From assembly GCA_041611095.1 (NCBI GenBank), contig JBFINP010000004.1:4065-68064 (forward strand): a DNA stretch of 64,000 bases. The letters run 5' to 3'. A model generated the notes under the pieces. It ran no database searches. It saw only the letters and a program-made list of their open reading frames with translations, and was not told the origin of the DNA. Shown here piece by piece: positions 1 through 8,811 of the stretch; positions within the stretch are counted from its first letter, which is position 1; every line of letters begins with the position of its first letter. Both the position numbers and the translations under genes were made by a program. The DNA is from Acidimicrobiia bacterium (GTDB lineage: Bacteria; Actinomycetota; Acidimicrobiia; Spongiisociales; UBA5794).

Positions 1-1
1 T

Positions 2-616
2 GTGGAGACGCTGAAGAACGTCATCGTCATCGGAGCCTCGAACCGGGAAGACCTCATCGACCCGGCGATCCTGCGTCCGGGGCGGCTAGACGTCAAGGTC
101 AAGATCGAGCGTCCGAACGAGCAGGCGGCGCGTCAGATCTTCCGCATCTACCTCACCGAGGAGCTTCCGTTCAACGAGAACGAGCTCGCCGAGCGCGGTG
201 GCGACGTGCGCACCTACCTCGACGGCATCATCGAGCGCGTCGTCGACCGCATGTATGAGGAGTCGGAGGCCAACCGGTTCCTCGAGGTGACCTATGCCAA
301 CGGCGACCGCGAGGTCCTGTATTTCAAGGACTTCTCGAGCGGGGCGATGATCGAGAACATCGTCAGCCGAGCCAAGAAGGACGCCATCAAGCGTGAGATC
401 GCCGGCGACGCCATCGGGCTCAAGGCGTCGGACCTCATCAACGCCATCGCTCAGGAGTTCAAGGAGCACGAGGACCTCCCGAACACGACCAACCCCGACG
501 ACTGGGCACGGATCTCGGGCAAGAAGGGCGAGCGCATCGTCTACGTCCGCACCCTGATCGAGGGCGACGGCGAGAGCCGCACCATCGAGGCCGTCACCCC
601 CGGCCAGTACCTGTGA
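2..616 (+). CDS. mpa: proteasome-associated AAA ATPase (Mpa/ARC), C-terminal part; 5' end lies outside the window
   Basis: AAA+ segment [32 protein letters not shown] and C-terminal PGQYL tail typical of Mpa/ARC. Immediately followed by dop-pup-prcBA. Confidence 0.93.
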   Translation: METLKNVIVIGASNREDLIDPAILRPGRLDVKVKIERPNEQAARQIFRIYLTEELPFNENELAERGGDVRTYLDGIIERVVDRMYEESEANRFLEVTYANGDREVLYFKDFSSGAMIENIVSRAKKDAIKREIAGDAIGLKASDLINAIAQEFKEHEDLPNTTNPDDWARISGKKGERIVYVRTLIEGDGESRTIEAVTPGQYL

Positions 617-632
617 CGGGTCCCGGCAGCTA

Positions 633-2117
633 GTGGCAGTCCCGAAGGTCGTCGGTACGGAGACCGAGTTCGGGATCACCGTTCGAGGACAGGCCGAGTT
701 CAACCCGGTCCTGGCGTCGAGCACCCTCATCAACTCGTACCGCGGTGGGCGTGCCCGTATCCAGTGGTCGTTCGACGAGGAATCGCCGGGTCGTGATGCG
801 CGCGGATTCGGGTACGAAGAGCCGGTACCCCTCGAGCTCGAGTCAGGGCTGGTCAACGTCGTCCTCACGAACGGTGCCCGGTTGTACGTCGACCATGCGC
901 ATCCCGAGTACTCCACGCCAGAGTGTGCCGATCCGCTGCAGGCCGCCCTGTATGACAAGGCGGGCGAGGAGATCATGGCCCAAGCGGTCGCCGCGGCTCG
1001 AGCGGCGATGCCGGACGGCGAGCGCATGTTCGTCCACAAGAACAACAGCGACGGCAAGGGCAACTCGTACGGTGCCCACGAGAACTACCTGGTCGCTCGC
1101 AACCTCCCGTTTGGCGACATCGTCAGGCACTTCACCGGATTCCTCGTGACCCGCCAGATCTTCACCGGTGCGGGGAAGATCGGCTCGGAGAACGGACGTC
1201 CCGCGGTCGGCTTCCAGCTCACCCAGCGCGGCGACTTCTTCGAGGAGGAGGTGGGGCTCGAAACCACGCTCAAGCGGCCGATCATCAACACGCGGGACGA
1301 GCCCCACGCCGACTCGTCGAAGTACCGAAGGCTCCACGTGATCATCGGCGACGCAACGATGTCCGAGACCCAGACGTTCCTCAAGCTCGGATCGGCGGCC
1401 CTCGTCCTCGACGCCTTGGAAGACGGTGCGCTCCCCGAGCCGCTCCTGCTCGCTCACCCCGTGGAATCGGTGTGGGCCGTCAGCCACGACACGACGTTGG
1501 GCGCCCTCGTCGAGCTCGAGGACGGCCGCACGATGACTGCGCTCGAGGCGCAGTGGCAGTACTTGGAGTGGGCGACCAAGTATCTCAACGCCAGTGACCT
1601 GGGTGAGGTCTACGCCCGCGTCGTTCAGGTGTGGGAGGAGGTGCTCGGCGACCTCGAGCGCGATCCGCTGCTCTTGGCCGACCGGCTCGACTGGGTTGCC
1701 AAGTACCGGCTGCTGCTCGGGTACCGCGATCGCGACGATCTCGAGTGGCACGATTCCAAGCTGCGCCTCCTGGACCTCCAGTACCACGACGTCGACCGCG
1801 TACGGGGACTCCATCATCGGCTCGTGACAACCGGTCGCATGCGCCGGCTGTTCACCGATGACGAGGTGCGAGCTGCAACGGGCGCCCCTCCCGACGAGAC
1901 CAGGGCGTATTTCCGCGGTGAGTGTGTGGCGCGGTTCGGGGATGCCCTGGTTGCGGCAAACTGGGACTCCCTCGTGTTCGACACAGGGGAGGAGGCCCTC
2001 AAGCGGGTGCCTATGATGGAACCCCTTCGGGGATCCAAGGAGATGGTCGGGGATCTCCTCGACCGCTCCGACACCCCGGCTGCCCTGATGCGGGCTTTGG
2101 GAGGCGAAGATGGCTGA
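633..2117 (+). CDS. dop: Pup deamidase/depupylase Dop
   Basis: 494 aa, N-terminus VVGTETEFGI and HPEYSTPEC motifs of the Dop/PafA carboxylate-amine ligase family. It is the longer paralog and sits between mpa and pup. GTG start; its stop overlaps the pup start. Confidence 0.9.
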   Translation: MAVPKVVGTETEFGITVRGQAEFNPVLASSTLINSYRGGRARIQWSFDEESPGRDARGFGYEEPVPLELESGLVNVVLTNGARLYVDHAHPEYSTPECADPLQAALYDKAGEEIMAQAVAAARAAMPDGERMFVHKNNSDGKGNSYGAHENYLVARNLPFGDIVRHFTGFLVTRQIFTGAGKIGSENGRPAVGFQLTQRGDFFEEEVGLETTLKRPIINTRDEPHADSSKYRRLHVIIGDATMSETQTFLKLGSAALVLDALEDGALPEPLLLAHPVESVWAVSHDTTLGALVELEDGRTMTALEAQWQYLEWATKYLNASDLGEVYARVVQVWEEVLGDLERDPLLLADRLDWVAKYRLLLGYRDRDDLEWHDSKLRLLDLQYHDVDRVRGLHHRLVTTGRMRRLFTDDEVRAATGAPPDETRAYFRGECVARFGDALVAANWDSLVFDTGEEALKRVPMMEPLRGSKEMVGDLLDRSDTPAALMRALGGEDG

Positions 2118-2304
2118 GCAGGAACGCAAACAGACCAAAGGCCGTGAGGCCGAGGCCGAGACCACCGAGGTCGAGACGTCGGCAGCCGAGCAAGGTGAGG
2201 AGATCGCGGAGCGGATCGACGACCTGCTGGAGGAGATCGACTCGGTTCTCGAGGAGAACGCCGAGGAGTTCGTCAAGAACTACGTCCAGAAGGGCGGCGA
2301 GTGA
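2110..2304 (+). CDS. pup: prokaryotic ubiquitin-like protein Pup (C-terminus GGE)
   Basis: 64 aa, acidic, ends in ...NYVQKGGE. Located between dop and prcB. Confidence 0.93.
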   Translation: MAEQERKQTKGREAEAETTEVETSAAEQGEEIAERIDDLLEEIDSVLEENAEEFVKNYVQKGGE

Positions 2305-3089
2305 CGGCGGATCGCGACGACCTGCCGCTCGATACGAGTTCCGTCGATCCCAGCTTCACGTCCCTCCTGGATCGCCGAGGTATCGCTCCGGTCTGGTCGG
2401 TCGCCGACGGTGACCTGCCGGAGATCCCGGAAGGCACGACGGTCCTGGCCCTGCGCTATGCGGACGGTGTGGTCATGGCCGGCGACCGCAGAGCCACGGC
2501 GGGCAACGTCATCGCCCACAAGCGAATCCAGAAGGTCTTCGCCGCCGACGATTTCTCGGCAGTGGCGATCTCCGGCACTGCCGGGATGGCAGTCGAGTTG
2601 ATCAAGCTCTTCCAGACCGAGCTCGAACACTACGAGAAGATCGAGGGGACCCGCCTCAGCCTGGAAGGCAAGGCGAACTTCCTCGCTCGCCTCGTGCGCA
2701 ACCACCTGCCGCTGGCCTTCCAAGGGCTTGCCGTCGTTCCCCTCTTCTGCGGATACGACGAATCCGACGGGGAGAGCAGGCTCTACACCTTCGACGTGGT
2801 CGGCGGCCGCTACGAAGAGCAGGATTACGCCACCACCGGTTCGGGTGGCCAGGAGGCGAAAGGCTTCCTGAAGGAGACCTACGAGAGCGAAATCGACGAG
2901 GAGCGTGCCCTGCGGCTCGCGATCGAGGCGCTCGTGGCCGCGGCCGAAGAGGACGCCGCAACCGGTGGACCCGACGTGAGGCGCGGCATCTACCCGAACG
3001 TGGTGACGGTCACGGCGGAGGGTCTGACCGAGATCGGTGACGATCGTCTGGCGGCGATCTCGGCGGTCGTGCTGGAGGCCCGACCATGA
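2301..3089 (+). CDS. prcB: 20S proteasome beta subunit
   Basis: Propeptide followed by TTVLALRYADGVVMAGDRRAT (catalytic Thr context). GTGA overlap with pup. Confidence 0.93.
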   Translation: MTADRDDLPLDTSSVDPSFTSLLDRRGIAPVWSVADGDLPEIPEGTTVLALRYADGVVMAGDRRATAGNVIAHKRIQKVFAADDFSAVAISGTAGMAVELIKLFQTELEHYEKIEGTRLSLEGKANFLARLVRNHLPLAFQGLAVVPLFCGYDESDGESRLYTFDVVGGRYEEQDYATTGSGGQEAKGFLKETYESEIDEERALRLAIEALVAAAEEDAATGGPDVRRGIYPNVVTVTAEGLTEIGDDRLAAISAVVLEARP

Positions 3090-3766
3090 CGATGCCGTTC
3101 TACGTACCGCCCGAACAGCTTATCAAGGACCGGGCCGAGTTCGCCCGCAAAGGCATCGCCCGGGGACGTCCCATCGTCGTCATCGATTACGCAGGTGGCG
3201 TGTTGCTCCTCGGAGAGAACCCCAGCGGATCGCTCCAGAAGCTGGGGGAGATCTACGACCGCATCGCGTTCGCCGGCGTCGGCCGGTTCAACGAGTTCGA
3301 GACCCTTCGGGTTGGCGGGATTCGCTACGCCGACGTCAAGGGGTACTCCTACGGCAGATCCGATGTCACTGCGAAAGGTCTGGCCAACGCCTACTCGCAG
3401 ACCCTCGGCCAGATCTTCACCCACGAGCTCAAGCCGTATGAGATCGAGGTGATGATCGCAGAGGTGGGCGATTCTGCCGACGACACGCAGATCTACCGGA
3501 TCCAGTTCGACGGGACGCTCAGCGCGGTCGAGCGTTTTGGGGCCATGGGAGGGGGCGAGGAACGCATCTCGTCGCTTCTCGAGGACCGCATCGACGCCGA
3601 GATCGATCTGTCGGCTGCCCTTGCGTTGGGCACCGGTGCGATCGAGGAGGCCGAGGAGCGGTCGATCGACCACTCCGATTGGGAGGCTGCCGTCCTCGAG
3701 CGATCCCGACCCCGGCGCAAGTTTCGGCGGATCACCGCCGAGGAGATCGCCGCCGCCCGGAGCTAG
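3086..3766 (+). CDS. prcA: 20S proteasome alpha subunit
   Basis: MTMPFYVPPEQLIKDRAEFARKGIARGR N-terminus typical of actinobacterial PrcA. ATGA overlap with prcB. Confidence 0.92.
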   Translation: MTMPFYVPPEQLIKDRAEFARKGIARGRPIVVIDYAGGVLLLGENPSGSLQKLGEIYDRIAFAGVGRFNEFETLRVGGIRYADVKGYSYGRSDVTAKGLANAYSQTLGQIFTHELKPYEIEVMIAEVGDSADDTQIYRIQFDGTLSAVERFGAMGGGEERISSLLEDRIDAEIDLSAALALGTGAIEEAEERSIDHSDWEAAVLERSRPRRKFRRITAEEIAAARS

Positions 3767-3794
3767 CAGGGTCCAAGCGAGAAGTGCCGGCGGG

Positions 3795-4196
3795 TCAGTA
3801 GACCGCGATCAGTCGCAGCACCCAGAGCACGAAGAGGACGACGCCCACCACCAGTGCGATCGCACGAAGCTCGAGCGGGATCCCACGACGTTCCAGGTCG
3901 GCGTCGGGCTCCATCGACGGCAGGAAAGCGTTGATCTCGGCGTCGAGCAAGAGGCGGCTCGCCTCCTCTACCCGATCGCTCATCACCCACAGCTGCGTCT
4001 CCGCCATCGCCCCGACCGTCACCGGGTACGGCCCGAGGGCGTCGCCGTGAATGCGGACCTCGATGCCCTCGGCCTGGAGCCGGGCGGCGAGGATGCGGGC
4101 CGTCGAGACGTCGCCGACGGTCGTGAGCTTGACGAACCTCGCCGGCTGCGACCCCTGGTCGATCATGCTTCCATTCTGGTCGCCTGCTCTTGCCAA
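3795..4196 (-). CDS. small membrane-anchored protein with DUF2007-like (putative signal-transducing) domain
   Basis: Segment [31 protein letters not shown] resembles the DUF2007 fold. C-terminal hydrophobic helix [22 protein letters not shown]. Start could instead be the internal ATG near 4166. Confidence 0.55.
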   Translation of the reverse strand: MARAGDQNGSMIDQGSQPARFVKLTTVGDVSTARILAARLQAEGIEVRIHGDALGPYPVTVGAMAETQLWVMSDRVEEASRLLLDAEINAFLPSMEPDADLERRGIPLELRAIALVVGVVLFVLWVLRLIAVY

Positions 4197-4234
4197 CTTC
4201 GACGCCGCCGGTGTCTACGCCGTCCAGCTCGGCG

Positions 4235-5611
4235 ATGCGGGGTACGCTGGGCCCGGTGCAACGGAGGATCTACGGGCTCGAGACGGAATACGGGGTGACG
4301 TGCACCCTGCGCGGCCAGCGCAGGCTGTCGCCCGATGAGGTGGCCCGCTATCTCTTCCGCAGGGTCGTCAGCTGGGGCCGTTCCTCGAACGTGTTCCTCG
4401 AGAACGGGGCCCGGCTCTACCTCGACGTCGGCAGCCACCCTGAGTACGCCACTCCCGAGTGCGACAGCCTCTACGACGTCGTTGCCCACGACAAGGCAGG
4501 GGAGCGGATCCTCGAGAGCCTCCTTCGCTCGGCGGAGCAGCGCCTGGAAGAGGAGGGCATCCGCGGCCAGATCTACCTCTTCAAGAACAACACGGACTCG
4601 GCAGGGAACTCGTACGGGTGCCACGAGAACTACCTCGTCGGCCGGCACGGGGATTTCCAGCGCATCATCGACACCCTGATTCCCTTCTTCGTCACCCGCC
4701 AGGTCTACGCCGGCGCCGGCAAGCTGCTCCAGACCGCGCGCGGCACGGTGTTCTGCCTTGCCCAGCGGGCCGAGCACATCTGGGAGGGGATCTCCTCGGC
4801 GACGACCCGGAGCCGGCCGATCATCAACACCCGTGACGAGCCCCACGCCGATGCCGAACGTTACCGCCGGCTGCACGTGATCGCCGGTGATTCGAACATG
4901 TCCGAGTACATCACGTTCGTGAAGGTGGGTACCACCGCCGCCCTGCTCCAGATGCTCGAGGACGACGTCGTCTTCCGTGATCTGAGCCTGGAGAATCCGA
5001 TCCGGGCGATCCGTGAGATCTCGCACGACATCACATGCCGGCGCCGGATACGCCTCGCCAACGGGCGTGAGCTCTCGGCGCTCGACGTGCAGTGGGAGTA
5101 CCTGGAGCGGGCGATGCGGTACGCCCGCACCGTCGGGTTCCCCTCCCAGGTGGAGCGGGCGATAGAGATGTGGGAGTACCTGCTGACCGGGCTCGAGAAG
5201 GACCCGCTTTCGCTGCACCGCGAGTGTGACTGGGTGGCGAAGTACCGGCTGATGGAGCGGTACCGGGAGGAGCGCAACCTGGCCATGTCCTCCCCACAGA
5301 TGGCGCTGCTCGACCTCAGCTACCACGACGTGAACCGGGAGCGCGGTCTCTACTACGTGCTGCAGCGGCGCGGTCTCGTGGAACGCGTGGTCACCGACGA
5401 TGCGATCACCAGAGCAGCCTCTCATCCGCCCGCCACGACTCGCGCCAAACTGCGCGGTGCGTTCATCAAGGCCGCCAAGGCCCGCAAGCGCGACTTCACG
5501 GTGGATTGGGTGCACCTCAAGCTCAACGATCAGGCGCAGCGCACCGTGCTGTGCAAGGACCCGTTCCGCGCCAACGACGAGCGGGTCGAGAAGCTGATCG
5601 CCAGCCTGTAG
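4235..5611 (+). CDS. pafA: Pup--protein ligase PafA
   Basis: [20 protein letters not shown] and NTRDEPHAD motifs. It is the shorter Dop/PafA paralog and precedes pafBC. I chose the ATG at 4235; the ORF opens at 4190 but that would overlap the divergent gene. Confidence 0.9.
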   Translation: MRGTLGPVQRRIYGLETEYGVTCTLRGQRRLSPDEVARYLFRRVVSWGRSSNVFLENGARLYLDVGSHPEYATPECDSLYDVVAHDKAGERILESLLRSAEQRLEEEGIRGQIYLFKNNTDSAGNSYGCHENYLVGRHGDFQRIIDTLIPFFVTRQVYAGAGKLLQTARGTVFCLAQRAEHIWEGISSATTRSRPIINTRDEPHADAERYRRLHVIAGDSNMSEYITFVKVGTTAALLQMLEDDVVFRDLSLENPIRAIREISHDITCRRRIRLANGRELSALDVQWEYLERAMRYARTVGFPSQVERAIEMWEYLLTGLEKDPLSLHRECDWVAKYRLMERYREERNLAMSSPQMALLDLSYHDVNRERGLYYVLQRRGLVERVVTDDAITRAASHPPATTRAKLRGAFIKAAKARKRDFTVDWVHLKLNDQAQRTVLCKDPFRANDERVEKLIASL

Positions 5612-5669
5612 CGCAGGCCGGAGGGGCGGTTCTTCCCAGCACTCGCCTCGCCAGATACCCTGCGCGCAC

Positions 5670-6596
5670 ATGCACAAGGTCATCGAGCGGATCCTCAACC
5701 TGCTTGCCTTCCTCCTCACCGCCGAGCGCCCCGTGACGGCCGACGAGATCAGGAACACGGTCGCCGGTTATGGGCAGGCGGGCGACGATGCGTGGCGACG
5801 GATGTTCGAGCGGGACAAGGATCTGCTGCGGCGGCTCGGTATCCCCCTCGAGCTGCGGCCGACCGATGCGTGGGAAGTCGAGCACGGCTATGTCGTGCCG
5901 GCTCATGAGTACGCTCTCCCTGATCCCGGCTTGACCGACGAAGAGCGTGCCGCGCTCTGGCTGGCCGCACAGGTGGTCCGCATCGGCGGCCGTCCGTCTG
6001 GGCCCGATGCGCTGTTCAAGCTGGGCGGGGCCCCGGTGACGGGATCGGGCGAGCCGCTCGCCGCGGACCTGGGGGCCCAGGATGCGGATCTCGCAGAGGC
6101 GTTTGATGCGGTCACTTCTCGTAGGCAGCTCCGGTTCGAGTACCGCAACTCCGCACGGCGGATCGAGCCGTACGGCCTGGTGCACCGCCGGGGGCACTGG
6201 TACGTCATCGGGCCGGAGGTTGGCGGTGACGGGGTGATCAAGGCGTTCCGGCTCGATCGGGCGGCAGGCATTCGTGCAACCGGGGAGCCGGGGGTGTTCA
6301 GCCGTCCCAAGGATTTCTCGGCAGGAGACGCCATACCCGACGCCCCATGGGAGGCCGGCGGTGACGACGTGATGGCGAGAGTCCATTTCGATCCGGAGGT
6401 GGCGTGGTGGGCGCGTCGCCAGCTCACCGCGGCGGCGCAGGTGGTCGAAGGGGAAGACGGCTCGATCGATGCGACGCTCCCGGTCGCCAATCGTGGCGCG
6501 TTCATCGGCTGGCTGCTGGCCTTCGACGACCACGCAGTGGTCCTCGAGCCACCGGAGCTGCGTCGGGAGCTGCTCGAGCGGGTCGGTTCGCGATGA
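5670..6596 (+). CDS. pafB: HTH/WYL-domain transcriptional regulator PafB
   Basis: N-terminal wHTH (ERILNLLAFLLTAERPVTADEI) followed by a WYL-type region (RGHWYVIG). Position directly after pafA. Confidence 0.85.
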   Translation: MHKVIERILNLLAFLLTAERPVTADEIRNTVAGYGQAGDDAWRRMFERDKDLLRRLGIPLELRPTDAWEVEHGYVVPAHEYALPDPGLTDEERAALWLAAQVVRIGGRPSGPDALFKLGGAPVTGSGEPLAADLGAQDADLAEAFDAVTSRRQLRFEYRNSARRIEPYGLVHRRGHWYVIGPEVGGDGVIKAFRLDRAAGIRATGEPGVFSRPKDFSAGDAIPDAPWEAGGDDVMARVHFDPEVAWWARRQLTAAAQVVEGEDGSIDATLPVANRGAFIGWLLAFDDHAVVLEPPELRRELLERVGSR

Positions 6597-7528
6597 GCAG
6601 CCGGCGGACGGCGCGAAGATTGCAGCGGATCCTGGGGATGCTCCCGTGGGTCATCGCCCACCCCGGAGTCACCGTGGATGAGGTGTGTGAGCGGTTTGAC
6701 TACACGCGGGCCGAGCTACTGGCCGATCTCGATCTCGTCTTCGTCTGCGGTCTGCCGGGCTACGGGCCCGGAGACCTGATGGTGGCGTACATCGACGACG
6801 ACGAGGTCGTGGTCGAGATGGCCGACTACTTCTCCAGTCCGGTGCGGCTCACGGCTCCTGAGGCGTTGGGGCTCATGGCGTCCGGACTCGCTCTGATCTC
6901 GACGGGCCAGGCGCCGGAGGCGCTCGAGCGTGCGGTCGACAAGCTCATGGCCGCGGTGGCGCCGGACGGTGCGGAGGCGCTGGTCGTCGACCTCAGCGAG
7001 CCGGAGTTCGTCGGCGAGCTTCGCAGCGCTGCGGCCGACGGCCGCGTCGTCCACATCGTCTACACCGCGATCGCCGGCGACGCGACGACGGAGCGCGACA
7101 TCGAGGCGTGGTCGGTCTTCTCGACCATGGGTAACTGGTACGTGGCGGGGTACTGCCGTCTCGCCGAGGACGAGCGGGTCTTCCGGGTCGACCGGATACG
7201 CGCCGTCGACGTCACCGGAGAGAGATTCACGCCACCGGCGGAGCCCCCTCCGCCGGTCGTTGCGTACACGCCGACTCCCGACGACATCACGGCGGTCATC
7301 CGCCTCGGTCCTCGGGCGCGGTGGGTCGTCGACTACTACCCGGTGGACATCGTGGAGGACGGCGGCGAGGACGGCACCGTGCTGGTTCGGTTCGCCACCG
7401 GAGACGCCGGCGTGGCGGCGCGGTTGCTGCTGCGGCTCGGCGGCGACGCAGAGCTGGTCGAAGGCCCAGAGGTCGGCGCCGCGGTGGACGACCTTCGCCG
7501 TCGCATCAGGGCCCGGTACGCCGGCTGA
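6593..7528 (+). CDS. pafC: HTH/WYL-domain transcriptional regulator PafC
   Basis: The ATG at 6593 overlaps the pafB stop (ATGA). RLQRILGMLPWVIAHPGVTVDEV HTH and GNWYVAGYC WYL-like motif. Confidence 0.85.
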   Translation: MSSRRTARRLQRILGMLPWVIAHPGVTVDEVCERFDYTRAELLADLDLVFVCGLPGYGPGDLMVAYIDDDEVVVEMADYFSSPVRLTAPEALGLMASGLALISTGQAPEALERAVDKLMAAVAPDGAEALVVDLSEPEFVGELRSAAADGRVVHIVYTAIAGDATTERDIEAWSVFSTMGNWYVAGYCRLAEDERVFRVDRIRAVDVTGERFTPPAEPPPPVVAYTPTPDDITAVIRLGPRARWVVDYYPVDIVEDGGEDGTVLVRFATGDAGVAARLLLRLGGDAELVEGPEVGAAVDDLRRRIRARYAG

Positions 7529-7576
7529 GCGTCCGATCCGGGCGCCCCGAACGCCGGTAGGGCCCCTACCATCGCG

Positions 7577-8101
7577 GTGATGAACGCCAATCTGACGCTC
7601 TCCGAGATTCTCACGATCGCCGTGGTGATCTTGATCGTCTTCGGTCCGCAGCGGCTGCCGGAGATGGCGCGTCGTGCGGGTGCGCTCGTCGCCAAGGTCC
7701 GAGATGCGGCGGCGTCGTTGCGGCAGGAGCTGAGCACGGAGTTCTCGGATGTCGCACAGCCGCTTCAGGACATCGAGCGAGATCTCAAGGCGGCCAAGGA
7801 CGACATCAAGGCGAGTCTCCCCAAGGCCGAGGAGTTTCAGGACCTCGAGCGAGATCTCAAGGCTGCGAAGGACGACATCGAGGCGAGTCTCCCCAAGGTC
7901 GAGGATGTACAGCCGCTCCCCAAGGAGCAAGCCGGTGACACGAGGTTGCGAGGGAGACTGGGAGCGGTGACACCGCTGTCGGAGGATCCGTCGCCGGCGA
8001 GCGAGCCGGCACGCGACGAGCCGGTAGCTGACGCGGGCGCGACCGCAGCGGGCGACGACGGGCGGGATGACGACGGCATGCAGGAGGCGGCGGGCTCGTG
8101 A
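7577..8101 (+). CDS. Sec-independent translocase TatA/TatB-family component (TatB-like, extended acidic tail)
   Basis: N-terminal TM helix plus hinge ILTIAVVILIVFGPQRLPEMARRAG. 174 aa, longer than a typical TatA. Directly upstream of tatC. Confidence 0.85.
   Translation: MMNANLTLSEILTIAVVILIVFGPQRLPEMARRAGALVAKVRDAAASLRQELSTEFSDVAQPLQDIERDLKAAKDDIKASLPKAEEFQDLERDLKAAKDDIEASLPKVEDVQPLPKEQAGDTRLRGRLGAVTPLSEDPSPASEPARDEPVADAGATAAGDDGRDDDGMQEAAGS
7766..7909 (+). repeat. in-frame tandem duplication, 2 x 72 bp (24 aa), inside the TatA/B tail
   Basis: QDIERDLKAAKDDIKASLPKAEEF / QDLERDLKAAKDDIEASLPKVEDV. 64 of 72 nt identical by manual alignment. Confidence 0.9.
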
Positions 8102-8811
8102 CGGATGCGGCCATGACCTTCATGGAGCATCTCGTCGAGCTCCGGTCACGGGTCGTGAAAGCGGTCATCGCCGTCGGGGTGGCGACCGTGGTGGCCTTCT
8201 TCTTCTACCAAGACGTCCTGGACATCCTGGCCGGGCCGTACCTGGACGCCGTGGAGGGCGACCAGCTGGCCTTCTTCCAGCCGACGGAGGCGTTCAGCCT
8301 TGCGCTTCGCGTGTCCTTGTGGAGCGGGGTGGTCCTGGCCAGCCCGTTCCTCATCTATCACCTCTGGCGTTTCGTGAGCCCTGCGCTCACGGCCCGGGAA
8401 CGCAAGTACGTGATCCCACTCTCGGGTGTCCTCGGCCTTCTGTTCCTGGCGGGCATCGTCGCCGGGTACTGGGCCCTGCCGCTCACCCTCTCGCTGCTCA
8501 TCGGGTTCGGGGGCGACTTGCTCGAGCCGACGATCGGTGCCGATTTCTACCTCCGGTTCGCGATGCGATTCCTCCTCGCGTTCGGTATCGCCTTCGAGTT
8601 CCCGGTCTTCCTGTTTGCGTCGGCAGTGATCGGTATGACGACCAGCGAGAAGCTGCGCAGCTGGCGGCGTTACGCGATCACGGTGATCATCATCGCTGCG
8701 GCGCTGCTGACTCCCGGTGGCGATCCGTTGACGCTGCTCCTGCTGTCCGGTCCGCTGTACATCCTCTACGAGCTGACGATCCTCGCCGTTCGGTTCATCC
8801 TGAAGAAGTGA
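8098..8811 (+). CDS. tatC: Sec-independent translocase TatC
   Basis: MTFMEHLVELRSRV N-terminus and a six-TM profile typical of TatC. Confidence 0.92.
   Translation: MTDAAMTFMEHLVELRSRVVKAVIAVGVATVVAFFFYQDVLDILAGPYLDAVEGDQLAFFQPTEAFSLALRVSLWSGVVLASPFLIYHLWRFVSPALTARERKYVIPLSGVLGLLFLAGIVAGYWALPLTLSLLIGFGGDLLEPTIGADFYLRFAMRFLLAFGIAFEFPVFLFASAVIGMTTSEKLRSWRRYAITVIIIAAALLTPGGDPLTLLLLSGPLYILYELTILAVRFILKK

Noticed and set aside
843-2276. Long antisense or alternate-frame ORFs throughout the window (for example 843-2276 -, 4163-5758 -, 8820-11150 -, 17315-19600 -, 20323-21513 -, 21578-23128 -, 38980-40764 -, 42175-43458 -, 51869-53341 -).
   Set aside because: Their translations are Arg/Pro/Gly/Ala-rich with no motifs. 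Each lies opposite or out of frame to a gene with clear family signatures. This is the typical stop-codon-poor frame artifact of high-GC DNA.
7556-7570. GGTAGGG-C-CCCTACC palindrome after pafC as a terminator.
   Set aside because: The loop would be too small, leaving an effective stem of only about 5 bp. That is too weak to annotate.
8067-8807. N-terminal 247-codon extension of the helY ORF overlapping tatC.
   Set aside because: The extension is Arg/Gly/Pro-rich nonsense in the alternate frame of a well-supported tatC. The helicase homology begins at GTG 8808, which overlaps the tatC stop.
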